Shown: positions 19,363 through 29,212 of the stretch, piece by piece
Position numbering within the stretch: the stretch's first letter is position 1
Layout: the number at the start of each line of letters is the position of its first letter
Assembly (NCBI GenBank): GCA_965261475.1
Contig: OZ253454.1
Coordinates: 1,516,086-1,580,085, forward strand
Reading direction: 5' to 3'
Source of the DNA: a bacterium
Lineage (GTDB): Bacteria; SAR324; XYD2-FULL-50-16; G965216635
DNA: 64,000 nucleotides
Notes under the pieces: generated by a model
Told to the model about the DNA's origin: nothing
The model's input: the letters and a program-made list of their open reading frames with translations, nothing else
Database searches by the model: none
Position numbers and translations under genes: made by a program

Positions 19363-20376
19363 TCAAAGTATATTTTTATTTTTTAAAAACAATTTTTTTT
19401 CTTTACCGCAAACAATATAGTTTGTACCTATCTGCAACCTCCAATTTCCTTTGTTTTGCATAACTAACTGATAAGTATTATTTATTTGTACACGGAGTAA
19501 TTTGTGTACTCCATTTGCAAGAAAAAAATCGTGCAGCAGTCTTTTAGCAAATAACATTGGCAGAGATTGGATTTCCTTAAAAGTTAATTTTGTTTTTTTT
19601 GTTACACTTAACGTCTGATTTTGATAAATTGTCTTTAAATTTCCAGCTTCTTTGTGTAAATTCAGCATTTTTTGTAAAAAACTCTCGCTGGTTTCTCCTT
19701 CTTTAAGAAAAGTATTTTTCATTTTTGGAATAATTTGATGTCGGATATAATTTCTAGTGTAGTTTATCGCCAAGTTACTTGTATCTTCTATCCAAGTTTG
19801 ACCTATGTTTTGCAGATAATTTTGTATTTCTGTTTTAGAGGTATATAGTAAGGGGCGAAGCAAATAATCTTGTACAGGAAGCATACTGACTAAATCAAAT
19901 AAGCTAGTCCCTCTTAACAATTTCCAAATTTGCGTTTCTGCTAGATCGTCTAAATGATGCCCTAGCACTACAAAGTCTAAGCCCTCTATATTTTTTAACT
20001 CATTTAGTTCTTGATACCGCCATTTTCTTGATTTTTCTTGGACAGCTGGCTTTTGAATATTGGTATTTTTAAAAAAACGATAGCCTGCTCCCCATTTTTT
20101 AGCTAAGTTTCTCACAAATAATTCTTCTTTGTCACTATTCTGTCTTAAACCATGATGAAAATATACTAGCACTATTTTTATTTTTTGCTTTTTTTGAATA
20201 TCGAAAAATACTCTTGCCAAAGCTACAGAATCGCTTCCACCGCTTACGCTAATTAAATAGCTTTTTCCCGCCATCAAACAATTTTTTTGAGTTAAAAAAT
20301 CAAAAATTTTCCAACTAAAAGAGTGGATTTTATTAGAATTATTGCATAATCTATTCATAGTTGTTTTGGCTAGCAA
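19363..20376 (-). CDS. tilS: tRNA(Ile)-lysidine synthetase
   Basis: It has the PP-loop SVSGGSDSVAL, GHHLDDLAET and a family-typical length. Confidence 0.85.
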   Translation of the reverse strand: MLAKTTMNRLCNNSNKIHSFSWKIFDFLTQKNCLMAGKSYLISVSGGSDSVALARVFFDIQKKQKIKIVLVYFHHGLRQNSDKEELFVRNLAKKWGAGYRFFKNTNIQKPAVQEKSRKWRYQELNELKNIEGLDFVVLGHHLDDLAETQIWKLLRGTSLFDLVSMLPVQDYLLRPLLYTSKTEIQNYLQNIGQTWIEDTSNLAINYTRNYIRHQIIPKMKNTFLKEGETSESFLQKMLNLHKEAGNLKTIYQNQTLSVTKKTKLTFKEIQSLPMLFAKRLLHDFFLANGVHKLLRVQINNTYQLVMQNKGNWRLQIGTNYIVCGKEKKLFLKNKNIL

Positions 20377-21169
20377 AATTTAATTTATTAGCGCAGTAGT
20401 TGCATAGCAATACTAAGGTGCAAAGAGCTAATCCTGGGTAAAAAACCAATTCTATTTTTAATTCGTAGTAAGCTCGGTTTTCAAAAAGCATTCTCCCTAA
20501 ACTAGGTGTTGGCTGCTGTATGCCTAGTCCTAGATAACTCAATCCTGCTTCCATTAGCAGTGCAATTCCCCATTGAATGCTAAATTGTATCATCCAAGTG
20601 TTATATAATTGTGGCAGAATGTGCAAGCGGTAAATATTCCATTTACTATTTCCAATGCTGAGAGAAAATATACTATACTCTTTTGCTAAAATTCGACTAG
20701 ATATATTTTGCGTAAGGTAATAAAAGATTGGTATATTAAATAAGCTAATTGCTATTAGAGATGTCCAACTTGCACTATAAAAAGTGTAAATCAGGATAGC
20801 TGTTAAAATTATAGGTGTAGCAAGAAGTATTTTATTGATTTCTACTAAGAGGTATTTTGCAGGTTTGACGCTGATAGTTAAAAAAGCACATAAAGTGCCA
20901 ATCAAGCTACCTGTTATTAAAGCAAGGCTTGCAAAGGCAATACTATTTCTTGTGCCTATAAGTAGCAAAGAAAAAAAATCTCTCCCTAGTTGGTCTGTTC
21001 CTAGCCAGTGTTTTTTGCTAGCTCCTAAAAATCTATTGCTCAGATCCATTGTGTATGAGTCTTCTAAGATAAAAAAAGAAAAAACTAGCGCTCCTAATAT
21101 CATTGCTATTGCTATCAACAAAAAGGCGTAAGACAGAAATTTGTTACGAGCGACTAATGAGAAAAACAT
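20351..21169 (-). CDS. ABC transporter permease, DppC/OppC type
   Basis: 272 aa. The N-terminal HWLGTDQLGRDFFS motif and multiple TM segments match the family. The 3' end overlaps the tilS start by 26 nt. Confidence 0.75.
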   Translation of the reverse strand: MFFSLVARNKFLSYAFLLIAIAMILGALVFSFFILEDSYTMDLSNRFLGASKKHWLGTDQLGRDFFSLLLIGTRNSIAFASLALITGSLIGTLCAFLTISVKPAKYLLVEINKILLATPIILTAILIYTFYSASWTSLIAISLFNIPIFYYLTQNISSRILAKEYSIFSLSIGNSKWNIYRLHILPQLYNTWMIQFSIQWGIALLMEAGLSYLGLGIQQPTPSLGRMLFENRAYYELKIELVFYPGLALCTLVLLCNYCANKLNFASQNNYE

Positions 21170-21308
21170 TGCTTTTTTTCCTGATAATTCATAACCTATT
21201 TTAAGTAAAACTTATCTTAATTATTCACAATCAATTTTTCAAGAAAAGAAATAAGAACTAAGTAATATATCTTTTATTTTTGAGAATTTTGTTTAAATCA
21301 AAGTTTTT

Positions 21309-23681
21309 ATGCCAAAAAAAACACTATATCATTATTTTTTTTTATTTACTGGAGGTTTTTTTTTCGTTTTTTCTTCTTTTTTATTTTTCGTTGTGACGCA
21401 ACTTCCCAAAATTGATAATCTAGGAGATTATAAATTTGAACTTCCTACCAAAATTTTTGATAGAAATAATGAGCTCATAGATGAGTTTTATATTCAAAAA
21501 CGAATATTGCTAACTAAAGAGCAAATCCCAGAAAAATTAAAACAAGCATTTGTTGCTATAGAAGATAACAATTTTTATACACATTTTGGTGTAGATTTTA
21601 GGAGAATTATTGCTGCTTTTATTATAGATGTTAAGAATTTATCTTTTGTACAAGGTGCAAGCACGATCACGCAGCAGACTGCTAAGCTTTTTTTACTACA
21701 ACCTGATAGAAAAATTATCCGTAAAATCAAAGAAATTTTACTTGCTTTCCAAATGGAAAAAAAATTTAGCAAAGATGAAATTTTTACTCTTTATCTCAAC
21801 AAAGCTTATATGGGCAATGGTGCTTATGGGGCTGCCGCTGCTTCTCAGGTTTATTTTTCTAAGAAGATCTCTGAGTTAGACATTACAGAATATGCTATGC
21901 TAGCAGCATTAGTGAAGGCGCCTTCTCGTCTTGCTCCTACTAACAATATTAAGCTTGCGACTGATAGAAAAAATTTGGTTTTAAAACAAATGGCAAGGTT
22001 AAAATTTATTAGCCCTCAAGAATTACAGGTAGAATTAGCAAAAGAGATTAAACTTAATTTAAGCATTTTAGACAATAAGAATGCGGCTTCTTATTTTGTG
22101 GAGGAGATAAGAAAAAAATTAAGAGGCTTGGGATTAAAAGAGGTTTATAAATCAGGTCTCAATATTTATACTACTATGGACACCAGTCTACAAACCACTG
22201 CTCATAATGTGTTAAAACAAGGTTTACTAGATCTTGATAAAAGACACGGCTACAAAGGACCTATAGATTCTGTACTAGATGATCAAGGAGAACTAGATTT
22301 AGTCAAACTACAGGAATTAAAACTTTTTAACAGATACTATCAATTAGATCGTATTGCCAAAGCCTACATAGAAAAAATACAGAAAAATGAATTATATTTA
22401 AATTTAGGAGATATTAAAGGAGTTATATCTCTAGAGCCAAATACTAGATGGGCTATTGAGTGGGCAAGTGATAAAATAGTCAACAAATATAATTGGTTAA
22501 CTGATTTTCGTACGGTTTTTAAAAAAGGAGATGTATTGCTAGTAGAAGTAGAGTCTCAAATTCTAGATTCTGAACTCTACAAACTAAATTTGTATCAAGA
22601 GCCTATCAACAACGGAGGGATTATTGCACTAAATCCCAGAACAGGGGAAGTGCTAGCTATGGCGGGCGGGCATAACTTTGAAGACAGTGAGTTCAATAGA
22701 ACTATCCAAAGCAAAAGACAACCAGGGTCTGCTTTTAAACCCATTGTTTATGCAGCTGCCGTTGATAACGGTTATCTTACTACTTCTATTTTGGAGGATA
22801 CTCCTGTTATTTTTAATAGCTTGAAACAAAAATTTACTTGGTTTCCTAAAAATTATAGTGGAAATTTTTCTGGTAATGTTACTCTTAGAGAATCTCTTTA
22901 TAAAAGTAAAAATGTACCTACAGTCAAACTAGGGATAGACCTAGGGGCTAAAAATATTATTAAATATGCTAAAAAATTTAATATCAAATCTTCTTTGCCT
23001 AATGATCCTTCTATTAGTCTAGGTACTGCGTCTTTAACTTTGCTAGAGCTAACTAACGCTTATAGTGTTTTTGCTACCAACGGTAAACAAGCTGAGCCTT
23101 ATATGATTGCCAAAATTTTAGATAGAGATAAAAAAATGATCTATGAGAGGGCAATAAAAAAATCTAAACAGGTGATTCCTGCTAGCACTGCCTATATTAT
23201 TACTAGTATTTTAAAAGATGTTTTTACTTTTGGCACTGCAAGAAAAATTAACGACTTCAAACAACCTATAGCAGGAAAAACAGGTACTACTAATAATAAT
23301 ACAGATGCTTGGTTTATAGGCTATACTCCTGATATTATTGTTGGTGTCTATGTAGGCAATGATCGTCCTGCTTTTTCTTTGGGCTTACTAGAAACTGGCT
23401 CTACTGCAGCCGCACCTATTTGGAGAGATTTTATGTTAGTAGCACTTAAAAAATTACCAGTCAGAGATTTTATACAGCCTAAAAGTGTCGAAAAAGTAAA
23501 AATTGTGAAAGAAACAGGCTTGTTGGATTGTAGTACAAACGACAAAGATTCAGGTTATTACGAATATTTTAGAATCACTACTGCTCCTACGAATTGCGAT
23601 GTCAATATTTTTGACACTATCAAAAATATTGATCCTGACCGACAAGATAGCGGACTAAAGAAAGAAAACTTCGATCTATAA
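21309..23681 (+). CDS. mrcA: bifunctional penicillin-binding protein 1A (glycosyltransferase/transpeptidase)
   Basis: GT51 motifs are AIEDNNFYTHFGVD and GASTITQQTAK. Transpeptidase motifs are SAFKP, SKN and KTGTT. Confidence 0.9.
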   Translation: MPKKTLYHYFFLFTGGFFFVFSSFLFFVVTQLPKIDNLGDYKFELPTKIFDRNNELIDEFYIQKRILLTKEQIPEKLKQAFVAIEDNNFYTHFGVDFRRIIAAFIIDVKNLSFVQGASTITQQTAKLFLLQPDRKIIRKIKEILLAFQMEKKFSKDEIFTLYLNKAYMGNGAYGAAAASQVYFSKKISELDITEYAMLAALVKAPSRLAPTNNIKLATDRKNLVLKQMARLKFISPQELQVELAKEIKLNLSILDNKNAASYFVEEIRKKLRGLGLKEVYKSGLNIYTTMDTSLQTTAHNVLKQGLLDLDKRHGYKGPIDSVLDDQGELDLVKLQELKLFNRYYQLDRIAKAYIEKIQKNELYLNLGDIKGVISLEPNTRWAIEWASDKIVNKYNWLTDFRTVFKKGDVLLVEVESQILDSELYKLNLYQEPINNGGIIALNPRTGEVLAMAGGHNFEDSEFNRTIQSKRQPGSAFKPIVYAAAVDNGYLTTSILEDTPVIFNSLKQKFTWFPKNYSGNFSGNVTLRESLYKSKNVPTVKLGIDLGAKNIIKYAKKFNIKSSLPNDPSISLGTASLTLLELTNAYSVFATNGKQAEPYMIAKILDRDKKMIYERAIKKSKQVIPASTAYIITSILKDVFTFGTARKINDFKQPIAGKTGTTNNNTDAWFIGYTPDIIVGVYVGNDRPAFSLGLLETGSTAAAPIWRDFMLVALKKLPVRDFIQPKSVEKVKIVKETGLLDCSTNDKDSGYYEYFRITTAPTNCDVNIFDTIKNIDPDRQDSGLKKENFDL

Positions 23682-23686
23682 GTATT

Positions 23687-24811
23687 GTGTCTAATATATT
23701 CGGAAAAAATTTTCGTATTTCTACTTTCGGAGAAAGTCATAGTAGTGGTTTAGGGGTAATTATTGATGGTTGCCCCGCAGGCTTGAAGATCAAAGAAGAT
23801 TTTATTCAAAAAGAATTGGATAGAAGAAGACCGGGTCAAAGCAAAATTACTACCTCTCGTCAAGAAACAGATAAATTAGAAATACTCTCAGGCATAATGG
23901 ACGGAGTCACCCTCGGCACTCCCATTGGAATTATTTTTAAAAATGAAGACGCTCGTCCCAAAGCCTATAACAAATTGAAGGGTTTGTTTCGTCCTAGCCA
24001 CGCAGATTATACTTATCAAATGAGATACGGAGTAAGAGATTGGAGAGGAGGAGGCAGGGCGAGTAATAGAGAATCTGTCGCGAGAGTTGCTGCGGGAGCG
24101 ATTGCTAAAAAATTGATCTACGAGCTTTGTGGTGTAGAATCTTTGGCTTGGGTTTCTGCTATAGGCAACATAAAGGCTACAAATATTGATTATAAAAAAA
24201 TTACAGCATTAGAAATAGAAAGCAATAATGTGCGCTGTCCAAGCAAAGAAGCCGCCTTGCAAATGGAAGCAGAAATTAAAAAAATTAAACAAGAGGGTGA
24301 TAGTTTAGGAGGAAAAATTGATTTTCGTATTACCAATTTAATTGCTGGTGTGGGAGCACCTATTTTTAAAAAATTACAGGTAGATATTGCTCAAGCGGTA
24401 CTTTCTATTGGTGCTTGCAGGTCTTTTGAGATTGGCTTGGGTGTCAAAACTTGCACTAAAAAAGGCTCACAACACAATGATGCTATAGTGCTAGAAAACA
24501 ATACTCCCAAAACTATTACCAACAATGCAGGAGGTATAGTGGGGGGAATTAGTAATGGAGAAACCATCTACGGCAGTGTCACTTTTAAACCTACTGCGAC
24601 TATCGCTAAGAAACAAGCAACGCTGAATACGAATTTTGAGCCGATCTTTTTTAAAGCGCAAGGTAGGCATGATCCTTGTGTGCTTCCTAGAGCTGTAGTA
24701 ATTGTAGAATCTATGCTAAATCTTGTGCTAGCAGACCAACTAATTAGCTATTGTTTTGCAGATATTCGTAGATTAAAAAAGGTCTTTCAGGTCAATGATA
24801 CAAACCTTTGA
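23687..24811 (+). CDS. aroC: chorismate synthase
   Basis: 374 aa. Motifs are FGESHS, RPGQS, RPSHADYT, GGGRASNRES and GRHDPCV. Confidence 0.93.
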   Translation: MSNIFGKNFRISTFGESHSSGLGVIIDGCPAGLKIKEDFIQKELDRRRPGQSKITTSRQETDKLEILSGIMDGVTLGTPIGIIFKNEDARPKAYNKLKGLFRPSHADYTYQMRYGVRDWRGGGRASNRESVARVAAGAIAKKLIYELCGVESLAWVSAIGNIKATNIDYKKITALEIESNNVRCPSKEAALQMEAEIKKIKQEGDSLGGKIDFRITNLIAGVGAPIFKKLQVDIAQAVLSIGACRSFEIGLGVKTCTKKGSQHNDAIVLENNTPKTITNNAGGIVGGISNGETIYGSVTFKPTATIAKKQATLNTNFEPIFFKAQGRHDPCVLPRAVVIVESMLNLVLADQLISYCFADIRRLKKVFQVNDTNL

Positions 24812-24836
24812 GCTCAACAAAGCATGTATTCGCAAC

Positions 24837-25739
24837 TTAATATATTAATTTAAATTTTTCAGGCGCTATTGTCTTGATTGTTTCACAAAATCCTAGAGCT
24901 CTTAAGTTTTTTATTAGCTGTTTTTGTTTTGTTATAGGCAAAGGGAAGTATGGCAAACGAAAGACTGGTTGACATAAACCCATCATAGCCAGCAAGGTGT
25001 TTGTAGCTATAGGATTGGGCTCACAAAATAAATTTTTTATTAGAGGAAGGCATTTTTGAAAAAGATTATGATTATTGTCGTCCATCAATGTACGGAATAA
25101 TTTTGGAATTATATTTGCTGCTACTGAAATTACTCCGTGAGCACCGCATTGATGTTTAGCATCAAACGCTTGGTCGTCGTTCCCAGACCAGCAAGCAATG
25201 CCTTGTGCTTCATATAATTTTATTCTTTTGTTGCCTGTACATTCTTTAACACCTACAAAATTGGTGTGTTTAGATATTTCTGTGATAGTGTCAGGCTCTA
25301 TATCTTGCGCTGTTCTAGAAGGAACATTATAAATGACACAAGGTGCAAGATCTAATAGCAATAAAAAATGTTTCAATAACCCTAATTTGCTAGTTTTTCC
25401 GTAGTATGGATTAAGTTGTAAGCAAGCGTGAGTACCAATCTCTATAGCTTCTTTTGTAGCCTGCAGAGCTTCTTTAGTGCAATTGCTTCCAGTATTTCCA
25501 ATGACTGTAATTTTTTTGCCAAAATTGACTAGGGTATGACGTAGCAAAGAGAGATTTTCTGTCCAATTCATCAAATGCCCTTCACCTGTAGTTCCGCAAA
25601 CGATCAATCCCTCTACTCTAGCATCAATCTGTCTTTGTACTAATTTATCATAGCTATCAAAATCTATATCTCCGCTTTGCTGATAAGGAGTTTTGATAGC
25701 GGTCATCAAAGAATATTGTTTAAAATTTATTTTTTTCAT
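24837..25739 (-). CDS. dapA: 4-hydroxy-tetrahydrodipicolinate synthase (DapA family)
   Basis: 300 aa. Motifs are GTTGEG, YNVPSRT and GVKEC (Schiff-base Lys context). Confidence 0.8.
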   Translation of the reverse strand: MKKINFKQYSLMTAIKTPYQQSGDIDFDSYDKLVQRQIDARVEGLIVCGTTGEGHLMNWTENLSLLRHTLVNFGKKITVIGNTGSNCTKEALQATKEAIEIGTHACLQLNPYYGKTSKLGLLKHFLLLLDLAPCVIYNVPSRTAQDIEPDTITEISKHTNFVGVKECTGNKRIKLYEAQGIACWSGNDDQAFDAKHQCGAHGVISVAANIIPKLFRTLMDDNNHNLFQKCLPLIKNLFCEPNPIATNTLLAMMGLCQPVFRLPYFPLPITKQKQLIKNLRALGFCETIKTIAPEKFKLIY

Positions 25740-25851
25740 TTTATGCTAGCATAAGGTGAAACTACAATATGTTAGATAAATTATAATTTTTTTCAAGAAA
25801 AATTTCTATTTATAAATATAGATTTTATATAATTTTTATTGTTAAAAAACA

Positions 25852-26577
25852 ATGATAGAATTCCAAAATGTTTATAAATCTTTCAAGAATTTTCATATTT
25901 TACAAGGTTTGAGTATTGTTTTTCCCAAAGGTAAAATAACTGTGATGCTAGGAGGCTCTGGTACAGGGAAATCTATCACACTCAAACATATTTTGGGCTT
26001 TTTAAAACCAGACAACGGCAAAATTTTGATTAACGAAGAAGACACTAGTAATTTTAACGATAAAAAATGGCGAGGAGTAAGAAAAAAAATAGGAATGTCT
26101 TTCCAGGGATCTGCTCTTTTTGATTCTATGAATATCCTAGAAAATGTGCTTTTTCCTTTGAACGAGCATAGCAAAAAAACAAAAGCAGAAATTATTGACA
26201 TTGCTACAAGAAAACTAGAAATTGTGGGGTTGCAAGACCATCTGTACAAGATGCCTGATGAATTATCAGGGGGAATGCGCAAAAGAGCTTCTCTCGCTAG
26301 AGCTATAGCACTAGATCCTGAGATTGTTCTTTTTGATGAGCCTACTTCTGGACTAGATCCCATTGTTACTTCGGTCATTGACGATTTAGTAAAAAAAACT
26401 CAAGAATACACAAAATGTACTTTTATTGTTATTAGCCATGATATGCGCTCTACTTTTCGCATAGCAGATAAGATTGCTTTACTTTATAAAGGTAAAATTA
26501 TCGAAGAAGGAAATGCAACAGAGTTTCAAAACTCTCCAAATCCTTTAGTGCAGCAATTTATCCATGGATCACTATAA
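25852..26577 (+). CDS. mlaF: ABC transporter ATP-binding protein, MlaF-like
   Basis: It has Walker A GGSGTGKS, the signature LSGGMRKR and Walker B VLFDEPTSGLD. The C-terminal NPLVQQF is typical of MlaF/TGD3-type ATPases. Confidence 0.8.
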   Translation: MIEFQNVYKSFKNFHILQGLSIVFPKGKITVMLGGSGTGKSITLKHILGFLKPDNGKILINEEDTSNFNDKKWRGVRKKIGMSFQGSALFDSMNILENVLFPLNEHSKKTKAEIIDIATRKLEIVGLQDHLYKMPDELSGGMRKRASLARAIALDPEIVLFDEPTSGLDPIVTSVIDDLVKKTQEYTKCTFIVISHDMRSTFRIADKIALLYKGKIIEEGNATEFQNSPNPLVQQFIHGSL

Positions 26578-26586
26578 GTATAGACA

Positions 26587-28008
26587 ATGCTTGGATTATT
26601 TACAAAAATTAAATCTGAAATTTTGGTTGGAATGTTGGTTGTGGTAGCGATCGGACTGGTTATTTATAGCTCTATCAAAGTCACAGGGTTTAATAGTTTT
26701 ACCAAAAAAGGCTATAAAATAGAAATGATTTTTGACGATGTTTCTGGTTTATCTACCCAAACAGCTGTACGAATCGCTGGAATTCAGGTAGGAAAAATTT
26801 TAGCCATTGAGCTAGTAAATAATAGGGCAAAAGTTATTCTTTATATTTTTGAGGATTACTTAATTCCTAATGATTCGGTTGCTCAAATTCAAACTTTAGG
26901 TTTGTTAGGGGATAAATATATTGAAATAATTGCAGGAACAAATTTTGCCATTTTAAAAAATGGACAAAGTATTCGTACCAGCAAAGCCCAAGGACTAGAT
27001 GCTGTGCTAGCAAATATCTCTGATTTAATAGCTACCCTCACAAGAGTTGTAGCAAATAATGAAGTCGCTATTAACCAAGCAGTTACTAATTTTAAGGACT
27101 TAAGTGCTTCTTTGAAGAGCATAGCAGAAAACAATGCATCAAATATCAATCAAATTACTGCTAATTTTAAGGATTTGAGTGTTTCTTTGAATAGAATAGT
27201 AGAAAATAATGAGCAAAAAGTTAATGATTTAATAGAAAATGTCAAAAACTTCAGCACAGAATTAAATAGTATTGCTGAGGCACAAAGCCTACAAAAAAGT
27301 GTCTCAAATATAGAATCTATTACTAAAAAAATAGATGAAGGAGAGGGCACGCTAGGACAGTTAGTGAACAAAACAGATACAATAGAAAAAATTAACTCTG
27401 CTTTGGATGATTTAAATAATTTATTAGGCTCTGCTTCCAGATGGACATACGATGTAGGTTTTGAAACCAAGTTTCTTACCAAACAAAATCAGTTTAAACC
27501 TAGTTTTTCTCTAAAAATTAACACTCAAAAAGATAGATTTTATCAACTCAAACTTACTAGCCACCCTATAGGAAAAATATCCGAAGAAACAACAACAAAG
27601 ACGGTTACTGATGCTAGTGGCGCTCAAACAATAACAACTACTCAAGCAACAAAAATTACCGACGATTATTTAATTTCTCTGCAAATTGCAAAAAAGTTTT
27701 ATGATACACAGTTTCGCATAGGTCTATTTGAGAATGACTTTGGAGTTGGCGTAGATCAATTTTTTGGCGTAAAGAATCAGTGGATACTAACTTCAGAAGT
27801 ATTTAATTTTCAAAAAAACCAACCTCCTTATTTATCTTTTGATGCTATTTATAATTACAGAGCTTTAAGGTTTAGCGCGGGCTTTGATGATGTCCTTAAC
27901 GAAAATCAAAATAAAAGAGATTTTACTATTGGAGCGGGGTTAGAATTTAACGAGGACGATTTAAAAATATTAGGTGCTAGCGCAATTAGTGGTGGTTTGT
28001 CGCCATAA
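26587..28008 (+). CDS. MCE/MlaD-domain protein with extended helical and beta-rich C-terminal regions
   Basis: It has an N-terminal TM segment and an MCE domain (VRIAGIQVGKI...LGLLGDKYIEI). Three ~25-aa helical repeats (NFKDLSxSL...ENN) follow, then about 180 aa of beta-rich sequence. Confidence 0.8.
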   Translation: MLGLFTKIKSEILVGMLVVVAIGLVIYSSIKVTGFNSFTKKGYKIEMIFDDVSGLSTQTAVRIAGIQVGKILAIELVNNRAKVILYIFEDYLIPNDSVAQIQTLGLLGDKYIEIIAGTNFAILKNGQSIRTSKAQGLDAVLANISDLIATLTRVVANNEVAINQAVTNFKDLSASLKSIAENNASNINQITANFKDLSVSLNRIVENNEQKVNDLIENVKNFSTELNSIAEAQSLQKSVSNIESITKKIDEGEGTLGQLVNKTDTIEKINSALDDLNNLLGSASRWTYDVGFETKFLTKQNQFKPSFSLKINTQKDRFYQLKLTSHPIGKISEETTTKTVTDASGAQTITTTQATKITDDYLISLQIAKKFYDTQFRIGLFENDFGVGVDQFFGVKNQWILTSEVFNFQKNQPPYLSFDAIYNYRALRFSAGFDDVLNENQNKRDFTIGAGLEFNEDDLKILGASAISGGLSP

Positions 28009-28092
28009 AAATATCATATTTTAGTAAATAAAATTTTCTTTGAAAAAATCACAGAAAAAATTATACTAAAAAAATAGTTATCAACAAAAAAT

Positions 28093-29088
28093 ATGTACGA
28101 AGAGATCAAAGAATTAGAACTTGCTATTCAAAAAGAAATCCCAAAAATAACAGCCCTCAAAAAAGAACTTGCTTGTTGGATTGTAGGACAAAAAGAAATG
28201 ATCAATCATTTACTGATTACATTGATGAGTAATGGACATCTATTATTAGAAGGCTTGCCCGGTTTAGCTAAAACCTTGACTATCAATGTTTTAGCTAAGG
28301 CACTAGCTTTATCTTTTCAAAGGATACAATTTACTCCTGATATGCTGCCAGCGGATTTAACAGGTACAAATATTTTTAACCCAAAAACTGTAAAATTTAC
28401 TCCTAAAAAAGGACCTATTTTTAGCAATATTGTCCTAGCAGATGAAATCAACCGCTCTCCGGCTAAGGTGCAAAGTGCTTTGCTTGAGGCTATGCAAGAA
28501 AAACAAGTTACTATAGGAGCAACTACCTTTATGTTGGACGCACCTTTTGTAGTGCTTGCTACCCAAAACCCTATAGAGCAAGAAGGCACCTATCCGCTTC
28601 CAGAAGCGCAGCTAGATAGATTTTTAATGAAATCTATGATTGTTTATCCTTCCAAAAAAGAAGAAAAAGAAATTTTAAACAGATTAGATTTTTTGTTGCA
28701 AGAAGAAAAAATAATTACCCCCGTTTTAAATAAGAAAAATCTTTTCAAAATCCAACAGTTAGTTAAAAAAGTTTACGCAGATGACAAGATCAAAGACTAT
28801 GTGCTAAATATTGTATGGGCAACACGTCAGCCTCAAGAATACGGATTGCAAAATTTAGCTCCTTTGATAGAACTAGGGGTTTCTCCAAGGGCTAGTATTT
28901 ATTTGATTGTTTGTGCTAAAGCATCTGCCTTTTTACAAGGTAGGGGCTATGTTACTCCGCAAGATATCAAAGAGGTAGCTCTGCCTATCCTCCGACATAG
29001 GCTGAAACTCTCTTTTACAGCGGAAGCAGAAGAAAAAAGCTGTGATGACATACTGAGTGCAATTTTAGAAAAAATTCCTGTACCTTAA
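28093..29088 (+). CDS. MoxR-family AAA+ ATPase
   Basis: It has Walker A EGLPGLAKT, Walker B ADEINR followed by SPAKVQSALLEAMQE, and VLATQNPIEQEGTYPLPEAQLDRF. Confidence 0.9.
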   Translation: MYEEIKELELAIQKEIPKITALKKELACWIVGQKEMINHLLITLMSNGHLLLEGLPGLAKTLTINVLAKALALSFQRIQFTPDMLPADLTGTNIFNPKTVKFTPKKGPIFSNIVLADEINRSPAKVQSALLEAMQEKQVTIGATTFMLDAPFVVLATQNPIEQEGTYPLPEAQLDRFLMKSMIVYPSKKEEKEILNRLDFLLQEEKIITPVLNKKNLFKIQQLVKKVYADDKIKDYVLNIVWATRQPQEYGLQNLAPLIELGVSPRASIYLIVCAKASAFLQGRGYVTPQDIKEVALPILRHRLKLSFTAEAEEKSCDDILSAILEKIPVP

Positions 29089-29212
29089 GTCTGATAAACT
29101 AGCAGCAAAGTTTTAGTAATAAATTTTCTAGTATCATAGTAGTGTATTAATTTTATTTTACCTCACCAAATTAACATTTGAGACTAGGTAAATTTAAAAA
29201 TATGTTACGCAG

